From NCBI GenBank assembly GCA_964016885.1, contig OZ024765.1:5580001-5644000 (forward strand): a DNA stretch of 64,000 nucleotides, in the 5' to 3' direction. Each line of letters starts with the position of its first letter. Position 1 is the stretch's first letter. The notes under the pieces were generated by a model. The model did not search any database and had not been told where the DNA came from. It saw only the letters and a list, made by a program, of their open reading frames with translations. This DNA is from Eledone cirrhosa (taxonomy: Eukaryota). The translations under genes and the position numbers were made by a program. Shown here piece after piece: positions 42,821-53,445 of the stretch.

Positions 42821-43864
42821 CTACTACTCTGATAAATCTCATTTAAAAAGCATATACATCGAGAGAGGTGGTGGTACTAAACTATATGCATGCTTGATCC
42901 TGGCTGTTAGTCACTTCGTAAAACTCTTAATGGGAAAATCAAAGATGGCTGATTTTCAAGGGACATAACTCTTATATCTCGAGAGTTGTCTACTTTGATT
43001 TAAGTTTGAAAACATGTTCTTGTACATGTCGGCTTACGTTGTTTCGTCATTTTCTAAGTTTCGGCGGTTTTTCTGAATACCGTACATACAATATATAGTA
43101 CACTAAACTATTGTTTATGCATACATAAATAATAGTTTACTATATATTGTATGTATGTTAAAATACAGCGTTGGGACCAATTAACGTCGTAGCCTGAGGT
43201 GTACCTGTATAAGCTGAAAATCGTAAGCTTTCCGATAAGGTTTGTCGTTTGAATATATCGTGGTGGAGACTTCTGGTGTTCTAGATAACCCAACAACCTC
43301 CCTACTCACTTCTATCGGGTATATTTTTACCATTATACCCGAGTCACTTTGGTGGTGGAATTCTATGGATTTCCTGTGTTTTGAACCAATATGGTTGTAT
43401 GATGGGGCTGTGGTGGCATATGACATTTCTTGGGCATTTTTAAACCTGGCGGAATCTCAAGTAAACAGCATCTGATCCCTTTTATTCCTAATTTCTCACT
43501 TAGTTCATTTATGTTTTGCCGTTTGTGTATATTACTAGTACACATCCAACGGAGCATGCATCCTCGTTCCTCTCCAGTCTTCGCAGATCCTATGCACACA
43601 ATGCCTATGTCTCATATATATACACACACACACACTCAGCCCACACTGTAAAGTGGTCGAGTAGGTGTAATGACAAAAATCACCCAGTCCACACTCTAAA
43701 GTGTTTGTGTTAGTGTCACGACAAAAAGCACTCAGTACTTACTATAAATGTGGTTGGCGTTAGGAAGGGCATCCAGCCCAATAGAGTACTTCATCGTCTA
43801 TTGTGTTTTTTTACATATATATATATATATATATATTATTTCTGTCATTATACATATATTACAG

Positions 43865-43940
43865 AGAGCTGAATTACTCTCCAGACACATGGATCCACAA
43901 CAATACAAGGAGTTCTGTGAATCACGCCAGGTGAACTTCT
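43865..43940 (+). CDS. SUPT3H: SUPT3H coding exon
   Basis: ttacAG|AGA...TTC T|GTGAGT; RAELLSRHMDPQQYKEFCESRQVNF vs human [25 protein letters not shown]; phase 0 in, phase 1 out. Confidence 0.95.
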
Positions 43941-44029
43941 GTGAGTATATATACACACACATTATAATGTATATATATGTATATATGTCTATATAAAAGA
44001 ATAAAATGACCAGGATTAAATTACATTAA

Positions 44030-44802
44030 CCCTTTAGCATTCACATTACTCTATATATACTATTGTATTTTCATGGTAAAGGCTTTACCTCACATAATAT
44101 CTCACATAACATTTACATTACTCTATATATACTATTGTATTTTCACAGTAAAGGCTTTACCTCACATAATATCTCACATAACATTTACATTACTCTATAT
44201 ATACTATTGTATTATCACAGTAAAGGCTTTACCTCACATAATATCTCACATAACATTCACATTACTCTATATATACTATTGTATTTTCACAGTAAAGGCT
44301 TTACCTCACATAATATCTCACATAACATTCACATTACTCTATATATACTATTGTATTTTCATGGTAAAGGCTTTACCTCACATAATATCTCACATAACAT
44401 TCACATTACTCTATATATACTATTGTATTTTCACAGTAAAGGCTTTACCTCTCATAATATCTCACATAACATTCACAGTACTCTATATATACTATTGTAT
44501 TTTCACAGTAAAGGCTTTACCTCGCATAATATCTCACATAACATTTACATTACTCTATATATACTATTGTATTTTCATGGTAAAGGCTTTACCTCACATA
44601 ATATCTCACATAACATTCACATTACTCTATATATACTATTGTATTTTCATAGTAAAGGCTTTACCTCACATAATATCTCACATAATATCGAATCTATGAG
44701 ATTTTGAAAGTATTTATTTTGAGAACAATACCTTAACATCAGTTTGAGTTGACCAGTTTCAACAGAAACTGGCCGGTTTAGGCCGGTTTGAACACTAAAG
44801 GG
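44030..44802. mobile_element. piggyBac-type MITE with internal 72-bp x9 tandem array
   Basis: TTAA|CCCTTTAG...CTAAAGGG|TTAA; period 72 over 44038-44687. Confidence 0.82.
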
Positions 44803-44959
44803 TTAAATTATTTAATATTCATTCATTATTTATTCAAAGTAATCCAACTTATTTTACAAACGGGATAAAAAAATATATTCTGGATGCAGTCTGCACTCCT
44901 TACTCTATTATAGTTTAGATGGTAATGAAAGGGTTAATGTAATCAATATATTCACTTAA

Positions 44960-45290
44960 CCCTTTACCATTTATATTACTCTATATATACTATTGTATTT
45001 TTATGGTAAAGGTTTTATCTCACATAATATCGAATCTATGAGATTTTGATGTTATTTATTTTGAGTTCAAATCCCGCCGAGGTTAACTTTGCCTTTCATC
45101 CTTACGGGGTCGATAAAATAAAGTACCAGTAATACACTGGGTATTTGCTGGCCTTGTGCCTAACGTAGAAACAGTTATTTATTTTGAGAACAATACCTTA
45201 ACATCAGTATAAATGGCCAGTTACAGCCAGTTCGAACAGAAAGGGGTGAAGGAATTCTGGCCAGATATGGCCGGTTTAAATGCTAAAGGG
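44960..45290. mobile_element. piggyBac-type MITE with nested SINE
   Basis: TTAA|CCCTTTA...TAAAGGG|TTAA; SINE flanked by duplicated gttatttattttgag (45051-45065 and 45174-45188). Confidence 0.82.
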
Positions 45291-45335
45291 TTAAAATAAC
45301 CATTAACCAACATTTGATATATACATTTTTTTCAG

Positions 45336-45457
45336 CTCGTAAATACAAGTCCCAGCGTTTCAAAGACTGGTTAATGTCTGGAGTATGTGTTGAACCAAAA
45401 CCAAACCCGTTAGCTCTGGAGATGTTTAGTTACCTGGCCTATGAGACTATTGCACAG
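45336..45457 (+). CDS. SUPT3H: SUPT3H coding exon
   Basis: tttttcAG|CT CGT...CAG|GTAAAA; (S)RKYKSQRFKDWLMSGVCVEPKPNPLALEMFSYLAYETIAQ vs human SKKASKFRDWL...[20 protein letters not shown]. Confidence 0.95.
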
Positions 45458-45814
45458 GTAAAATAGGGATCAATTTGACCCTACCATTTACACCCATTTG
45501 AGTCAAAGGAGGGAGAGGCAGCTGTTGTTGTTTTTGTGGTTTAGTTTTGTCTTAGTAAACTATTGTAAGTTATCTAATTTACCTGTTTATATATCTGTCT
45601 GTCTGTCTGTCTATCAGTCTTGCTAGCTGTTCATCTATCTATCTGTCTATGTCTGTCTGTCTGTCTGTCTCTGTCTGTCTCACTTATATATACATATATA
45701 CTTTTTTACTCTTTTACCTGTTCCAACTATCCAGCTGAGGCCATGCTGGGGCACTTTTCTAACCTGTGCTAGCATGGAAAATGAATGTTAAATGGGGATA
45801 ATGATGAGGAAGAT

Positions 45815-46122
45815 ATCATCATCATCATCATCATCATTTTACGTCCGCTTTTACCTGCTTGCAAGGGTGGGACAGGTCCTATTCAACACAGCATCTCTCC
45901 ACTTGTCACGGTCCTTCGTCATCTCCTCCGTGAGCTTCAGCGATCTGAGGTCTGCTCTCACCACCTCCGCCCATGTTTTTCATGGTCTTTCTCAACTACG
46001 TCTTTCATCTACTGGAATTTCTTGGCACTTCTTCACCCAGCAGTCATCCTCCATGTGCATCACATGTCCATACCATCTCAGTCTTCTCTCCCACACACTA
46101 CAACTTATCCCTCTTATACCAT
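45815..46122 (-). mobile_element. RTE 3' fragment (family of 3380-4090)
   Basis: reverse complement of about 3790-4085; a shorter copy lies at 38040-38232(-) and a degenerate one at 48250-48635(+). Confidence 0.8.
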
Positions 46123-46659
46123 GTTGTAATAAGTGACTAAAAGAGATGATGTCAAGAAGGGCATCCAGCTATAAAACATTGCTTCAAAAAGTCCAATCTA
46201 ATCCATGAAAAGGTTGATGTTAAAACAATGACGGTGATGGTAATAGTGAATATGTGCTATTGTCAACATTGTCTATAAAACTGTCAGTTTTTTTAATGTA
46301 TTATTAATACTGTGAATGACTAATATATATATATATTGCTCCAGTTTACTCAGCTGTAGAAATGAGATGATAGGACTGGGGTCCCTATCATTCCACTGCA
46401 AAGTAGTCATGGAGGTGCCTCAGCAAAAAAGCACCCAGCACTCACTGTAAATGAGGTTGGTGTTAGGAAGGGCATCCAGCTGTAGAAATCAAGCCAGAAT
46501 CAGTTCCCATCCCACCCTTGCAAGCAGGGAAAAGCGGACGTAAAATGATGATGATGATGATATGACTGTGTGTGTGTAACTGTGTGTGCATGTGTGCATG
46601 TCTGTCTGTCTCTCTGTCTCTACAGAATCATTAATATTTGTTGCTTTTGTCTTTTACAG

Positions 46660-46959
46660 TTGATGGACCTGGCATTGATCGTTCAGAGGGAGGCAATGGG
46701 TTTCACAGCTGATCCAATAGCCAAACACATCGGAAGCTCTGTCGACCCCATGGCCAAACACATGGCAGCAAACGCTGCTGACGCTTTAGCCAAACACATG
46801 GGTGGTAATTCTGCCGACCCCATTGGCAAAAACATACCCAACACATGTGGAAATTTCTATGAACCTTTCCAAGAGAACCCTATCAATAATGCTGGGTCTG
46901 GTTGTCAGCCTACTGGGCAAGTAGGGGCCAAAGGAACTGGTCTTGTGTCCCCTAATCAG
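46660..46959 (+). CDS. SUPT3H: SUPT3H coding exon (300 nt, expanded relative to human)
   Basis: cttttacAG|TTG ATG GAC...CAG|GTAAAC; LMDLALIVQRE... matches human LVDLALLVRQD; open, phase 0/0. Confidence 0.88.
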
Positions 46960-47209
46960 GTAAACAGAGAGTCAGGCTCTCATTAGAATGTTGCGTCTTT
47001 TTATGTTGTTGTTGTTGTTGTGTTTCCCTTTCATCTAATGAACACTGCCTACAGATCCAAATTAATTTGGAAAATAACCAAAAATCTAGAGAAATATAAT
47101 GAAATAACTGAATCTTTTTTACTAACCTGGTATTTAGAACATTAACAAACATTTCTAAAATAATAAAATTATTGAAAGCATCTTTCCCACCCCTCCCAAG
47201 TCTCCAACC

Positions 47210-47800
47210 TCCTCTGTAAAGTGATCCATCCTGGAGCCATCACAAAAGAGCCCAGCCCGCACTATAGTGGTCATGTAGGTGTCATGACAAAAAGACACCC
47301 AGTCCTCACTGTATAGTGGTCATGTAGGTGTCACAACTAAAAGCACCCAGTCCACACTGTAAAGTGGTCATGTAGGTGTCACAACTAAAAGCACCCAGTC
47401 CACACAGTAAAGTGGTCATGTAGGTGTCTTGACAAAAAGCACTCAGTCCACACTGTAAAGTGTTTGTGGTGGTGACACAACAAAAAGCACCCAGTCCACA
47501 CAGTAAAGTGGTCATGTAGGTGTCATGATAAAAAGTACCCAGTCCACCCTGTAAAGTGGTTGTGGTGGTGACACAACAAAATGCACCCAGTCCACACTGT
47601 AAAGGGGTTGTGGTGGTGACACAACAAAAAGCACCCAGTCCACACTGTAAAGTGGTCATGTAGGTGTCATGACAAAAAGTACCCAGTCCACACTGTAAGG
47701 TGGTTGTGGTGGTAACATGACAAATGCCACCCAGTCCACACTGTAAGGTGGTTGTGGTGGTAACATGACAAATGCTACCCAGTCCACACTGTAAGGTGGT
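47210..47800. repeat. 47-48-bp minisatellite from the SINE internal module
   Basis: cccagtccacactgtaaagtggtcatgtaggtgtca..., about 12 copies, followed by an RTE-type tail. Confidence 0.9.
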
Positions 47801-48898
47801 CTAACCCATGCTAGTGTGGAAAATGGATGTTAGTTGATGATGAGAATGACAGCGGTAAACATTTTAACCTTTTTATTACTGTATCTTTAATTAAATACAC
47901 TGCTGATATGTTTCAATTAATTTTGTAAGTAGCCAATAATTTCATGTTGTAAACCCCCCCCCCCCCCACACACACACACACACTTATTAAATTTTGCTCA
48001 TCTATTTCCAGCGAAATTATACTTTAATTTTCTTAAGACATTAAAAAACATACATGATAAAAAAAGTAGATTACAAGAAATCACATACATTATAAAATAA
48101 ATAGGATGGGTTGGGGCCTCAATATGTAAACTAAAAGATTAATTCTGGTTTTTAAAAAAAAATCAACAGGGGCAACCTACAAAAATTACCGATGTTCCAA
48201 CCCCCACCCTACTTATTTCACCCCCTCCTATTATTTGGGACCTGAGAGTACCTCAATTGACAACAAAGGGTTTCTCTGTGTAAATGAAATGCAGGCTGTA
48301 TGATGTCTGTGTGCAATGTTGCATGGCTGGGGACATAGGCTGTGAAAGCAAATTATTTGTGAAGCGAGCCTGCTTCAATGGATGTGTAATGTTAGTGTGC
48401 ATAGATGAACAATAAAGCATGGATGAATTGAGAGAAAAAGCTGAGTATAAGAGGAATTAGATGTAGTGTGTAAGGAAGACTACTATGCTGGCAGAGATAT
48501 GTGATACATATGGATGATTATTGTTAGATGAAGAAGTGCCAGGAAATTCCAGTGGATGGAAGCTGCAGTAGAAGAAGACTTGGGTAGAGGTGGTGAGAGC
48601 TGACCTCAAAATGCTGAACCTTACAGAGAAGATAGCTCATCATCATCATCATCATATGACTATTTTACCAGACTTGTGTGGGTTAGACAGGTTGTGTTGT
48701 TCTGAAACCAGTCAGGTCATGACCACATCTTGCTCCTTCATATGGATTTGTATTTTAGTTTGGTTTCTACGGCTGGATGCCCTTCCTAACACCAACCACA
48801 TTACAGTGTGGACTGGGTGCCTTTTTCATCATGGCACCAACATGACCATTCCTTCCCACCTCATTCTCTATCTACCTATCTCTCTCTATCTATCTATC

Positions 48899-49011
<113 letters not shown>

Positions 49012-49013
49012 GT

Positions 49014-49346
49014 GGAGGCACATGGCTTAGTGGTTAGAGCATTGGGCTTGCAATCGAAAGGTTGTGAGTTCAATTTTCAGACCGGGTGATGTGTTGTTTC
49101 CTTGAGCAAGACACTTTATTTCACATTGCTCCAGTTTACTCAGCTGTAGAAATGAGATGATAGGGACTGGGGTCCCTATCATTCTACTGCAAAGTGGTCG
49201 TGGAGGTGCCACGGTAAAAATAGCACCCAGCACTCACTGTAAATGAAGTTGGTGTTAGGAAGGGCATCCAGCTGTAGAAATCAAGCCAGAATCAGTTCCC
49301 GTCCCACCCTTGCAAGCAGGGAAAAGCGGATGTAAAATGAAATGAT
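49014..49346 (+). mobile_element. CORE-type SINE (full length)
   Basis: near identical to 11632-11982; a 5'-truncated copy lies at 46335-46560. Confidence 0.85.
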
Positions 49347-49360
49347 AAATATATATATAT

Positions 49361-49413
<53 letters not shown>

Positions 49414-49435
49414 TATATATGTTTATCTCTTCTAG

Positions 49436-49549
49436 AATATACCTGCCAACCAACTTGAACTCCAGACCTTCCAAGCCATCACCCCAGCTGATATTCGAGA
49501 AGCCCTTCGTCGATACAGTGAAATGCCAGGTCCCTTTTCTGGGGCTGTT
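49436..49549 (+). CDS. SUPT3H: SUPT3H coding exon
   Basis: tcttctAG|AAT...GTT|GTAAGT; NIPANQLELQTFQAITPADIREALRRYSEMPGPFSGAV vs human [24 protein letters not shown]. Confidence 0.92.
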
Positions 49550-49769
49550 GTAAGTATTGTCTTTTTTATAACCAATTAGCTGAAAGGCTAATCACCCCTC
49601 CTTCCTCACTCGACATAATCACCCCCTTCCTTCCTCAGTCGACATAATCACCCCTCCTTTCTATGTCGACGTTATCACCCCTTCCTTCCTCAGTCGACGT
49701 TATCACCCCTTCCTTCCTCAGTCATCTCTAGTTTGTGATGGACGTGTTATATTTGTAGATTGTTGTCGT

Positions 49770-50430
49770 TATTAAGGGTGTTGGATTGGTAGTGTTGGAC
49801 CTTTTGTAGCATAGAGTTACGCCCCTTTATGTTCTGATTTAAAATCCTGCCAAGGTTATCTTTGCTTTTTATCTTTACGGAGTCGATAAAATAAAGTACC
49901 AGTAATACACTGGGATCGATATAATTAACTTTCCCCTCCCACACAAATTGTTGGCCAATTTCCTAAATCAGAAGTCATTATTATGGCACAAGGCCAGCAA
50001 TTATCCCAGTGTATTACTGGTACTTTATTTTATCGACCCCGTAAGGATGAAAGGCAAAGTTAACCTTGGCGGGATTTGAACTTATGGTCTGAGTTCAAAT
50101 CCTGCCGAGGTGAACTTTGCCTTTCATCTTTACGGGGTCGATAAAATAAAGTACCAGTAATGCACTGGGATAATTGCTGGCCTTGTGCCAAAAGTAGAAA
50201 CAATTATGTCTATATAACCAAGGTTAACTTTGCCTTTCATCCTTACGGGGTCGATAAAATAAAGTACCAGTAATACACTGGGATAATTGCTGGCCTTGTG
50301 CCAAAAGTAGAAACAATTATGTCTATATAACCAAGGTTAACTTTGCCTTTCATCCTTACGGGGTCGATAAAATAAAGTACCAGTAATACACTGGGATAAT
50401 TGCTGGCCTTGTGCCAAAAGTAGAAACAAT
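49770..50430. mobile_element. cluster of second-family SINE copies, including an inverted pair and tandem 3' halves
   Basis: same body as in the 390-bp unit; other copies at 34025-34200(-), 45062-45173(+), 59565-59745(+). Confidence 0.82.
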
Positions 50431-51166
50431 TATTATCATTGTTTTCGTTATTTTCTTTTACTACTATAAATTCCTTCAGTACCTTCATGTTGAATCATAT
50501 TACTATCGTCATCTTCCATATATGGTAGCTGGACAATATTCGGCTATTCTAAAGAGAAAATCAGTCTCCTGATTTTTACATAGCCAGAATTGATGTTGAT
50601 TTAATTGACTTTCTCCTCTCCCATATATGGTTGGCCATGTGCCTATATCAGAAATTATTATTACTAGATGGGGGTGACATCGTCTCCCTCTTTCTGTCAC
50701 TCGTTCTCTCTAAACAAATGATGTTCCCTTTTCTCTCTCTATCATCATCATCATCATCATCATCAACGTTTAACGTCCGTGTTCCACGCTTGCATGGGTT
50801 TGGACGGGGGTAGTCCCACTTGAGGCAAGAGTGATTGTCTTGCTCGCATAGGACTGTCTGGCGGGTTTTCTACAGTTGGATGCCCTTTCTAACACCAACC
50901 ACATTTACAGTGTGGGTCTGGGAGGTTTTTACCGTGTTGCCTACACGGCCACATTACAGCGTGGACTGTGTGTTTTTTTGTCGTGACACCTACACGATCT
51001 CATTTGTTTCGGCCTGGATGGCGCGGCACCAACATAACTTTACATAGAACGGGGTGGTGTGGATGGGGTGGGGGTGGTGGTGGTGGAACGGGGTGTATTT
51101 TGTTAGAGATGCCTACTGGTTGGAGTATCTACGTAGATATCTCTCACTTGGTGCTCTCCCTAACCA

Positions 51167-51401
51167 TCTATATATATAAAAGCAAGTCGGTCTGTGTGTG
51201 TGTCTGTCGGTCTGTCTGTGTACAAATACTAGGCTCCTGTTAACTTTTGAAGTACCAGGCCGTTTTGGCACGTGCTATTGAGGCGACCTCTCATTGGCTA
51301 ACCAATTAGCTGCCATAAGCTGACATGCACTAAGCCATAAACGACCTTGAACAATTCAGGCTGTCATTCATTTCCCGAGCAACGCCGGGTACATCTGCTA
51401 G
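51167..51401 (+). mobile_element. non-autonomous Helitron
   Basis: A|TC 5' end (TCTATATATATAAAA..GTCTG repeats), subterminal hairpin CCCGagcaacgcCGGG, CTAG|T 3' end. Confidence 0.8.
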
Positions 51402-51557
51402 TATAAAATAAGCATGACAGACAGACCGCGTTCTTATTATAATATAAGTTTAGAAATTATATTTTTGAATAAGTTTTGAATTAGTAGCTTTCACTGTAAA
51501 TAGTTATATTTTACATTGTACATAATATTTTAAAAAACCTTTAATTCTCTCTTCCAG

Positions 51558-51605
51558 AAGCGAGTAGCTGGATCGTCTCCGAGAAACGTCCTTCTGTGTC
51601 TTTAA
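51558..51605 (+). CDS. SUPT3H: SUPT3H last coding exon (to TAA)
   Basis: ttctctcttccAG|AAG CGA...CTT TAA; KRVAGSSPRNVLLCL*, resembles the human C-terminus (...MAFLAC*); strong pyrimidine tract, phase 0. Confidence 0.8.
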   Translation, partial: KRVAGSSPRNVLLCL

Positions 51606-52093
51606 ACCATCAAATATTCATCTTGGACACTCTGACATATCAAAATGTTTTTGGCTGTTTCATCAACCTGTTTTATCAAACTGGTTCATCAAAATGTTTT
51701 ATCAAACTGTTTTATCAAACTGTTTCATCAAACATTCATCAAACTTTTTCATCAAACTTAGCAAGGTCACCAAACTCTGTTACCTTGTTCTACTTATCAA
51801 CCTACTTACATCACTCCCTCCTTCTCTATATTTAAATATGAGTAGGTATGTTTAAAATTAAAGAGACACACCCCCACATCAACAGACAACCATATCCACT
51901 GACCACCACATCAGCTGCCTACTACACCAAATGACCACCACATCAGCTGCCCACTACACCCAGTGACCACCACATCAGCTGCCCACTACACCCAGTGACC
52001 ACCACATCAGCTGCCCACTACACCACCACACTACCACACCAAGTGACCATTCCTTTGTATGTAAATATGTTTTGAAATGATCACTGCTGTGGA

Positions 52094-52099
52094 AATAAA
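52094..52099 (+). promoter_or_regulatory. probable polyadenylation signal of SUPT3H
   Basis: AATAAA about 490 nt after the stop, followed by U-rich downstream sequence. Confidence 0.6.
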
Positions 52100-52557
52100 T
52101 GCATTTTATTGGCCAACCATGTTTTTATTCTTTTCTATCAGACTTTTACTGGTTTCAGTCATTAAACTCTGGCCATGCTGGAGCACTGCTTTAAAAGAAT
52201 TTGTAATCATCTTCTTCATTCTTTGAATCGACAAGATCCCAAACCTCATTCTCATGCTTCCCGAAATACGCCAAAACTACACCTGATGTGCCCCTTCCAT
52301 GCACATGCACACGTGTGTATCATGACTCGTGCACTGTTCATTTTACTGATGTTTGTGCATTGCCCTATGTACTGTACATGCACTTTTTTGATGAGTTGTG
52401 GTGCACCTGGGCACTGTACACAATATTTCATTATTGTTATTGTTATTATATCATGACTCATACACTGTTCATTTTCCTGACATTTGTACATTATTCTATG
52501 TACTATACATGCACCTTTGATGAGTTGTAGTGCACCTGAGCACTGTACACAATAATT

Positions 52558-52616
<59 letters not shown>

Positions 52617-53445
52617 TACTGTGTGGAATGGAAATTGTTGAATTGGACCAAGGAAACAATATTTCCATTGGTCTTTCCATTGCTGATACTATCTGTCAGT
52701 TGAAATTCTTGGCAGAAGGAACAACGGGAACTAAAATGTCTTGTTTAAGAACAAAATGCATCGCCTGGTCCAGGAATTGAACTCACAACCAGATGATTGT
52801 GAATCCAATTTTCTAACCACTCAGCCACACACTTTCACTAATCATAAATTCTGATAGTTGTTTTTTCCTTTGCACATCTTCCCTAGAGAATTTTCTTCCA
52901 GCTTAATGTTTTTCTGACCACTGTAAAAATTCAAAACAACATCCCCCATCACCTTGAATTATCGTTCTTCTTAAATTATGTTCTCTCTATCTTGTCCTTT
53001 TCCTTGCTAAAAAATCCCTTGCATTTTAGTGGCTTTATTGCATTGCATGAGGTAAGAAAGAAAAAATATTGACACTAGTACTTATTTTTTTAAAGTCCCA
53101 AACTTATTTTATTGATTCCTTCTGTTGAACTGCTAAGGTATGGAAACAATGATGTAAAAATCTTGATAATGATGATGACTCAAGGTTATAGTAGAAGACA
53201 CTGGCCTAAGGTAGAACGGAACCTAGAACATTGTGGTTATGAAGCTAATTCCTTAACTACATGGCCATGCAGGAAGATGATACAATAGTTGATGTAGTAA
53301 ATCAAGGAATGTGTATATGAGGCTGTGTGTGTGTGTAACTGCATTATGTGATTGTGTGTGCAACAGATAATATTTGATTTCAATAATTAGATATTTGTTT
53401 TTTATTATTAAGTCAGAAGTTAGTTATTTCACTAAAAGAGAAAGA

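Noticed and set aside
49014-49090. tRNA genes at SINE heads
   Set aside because: A/B boxes are present but continue into SINE body and LINE tail in multiple copies; no complete cloverleaf verified
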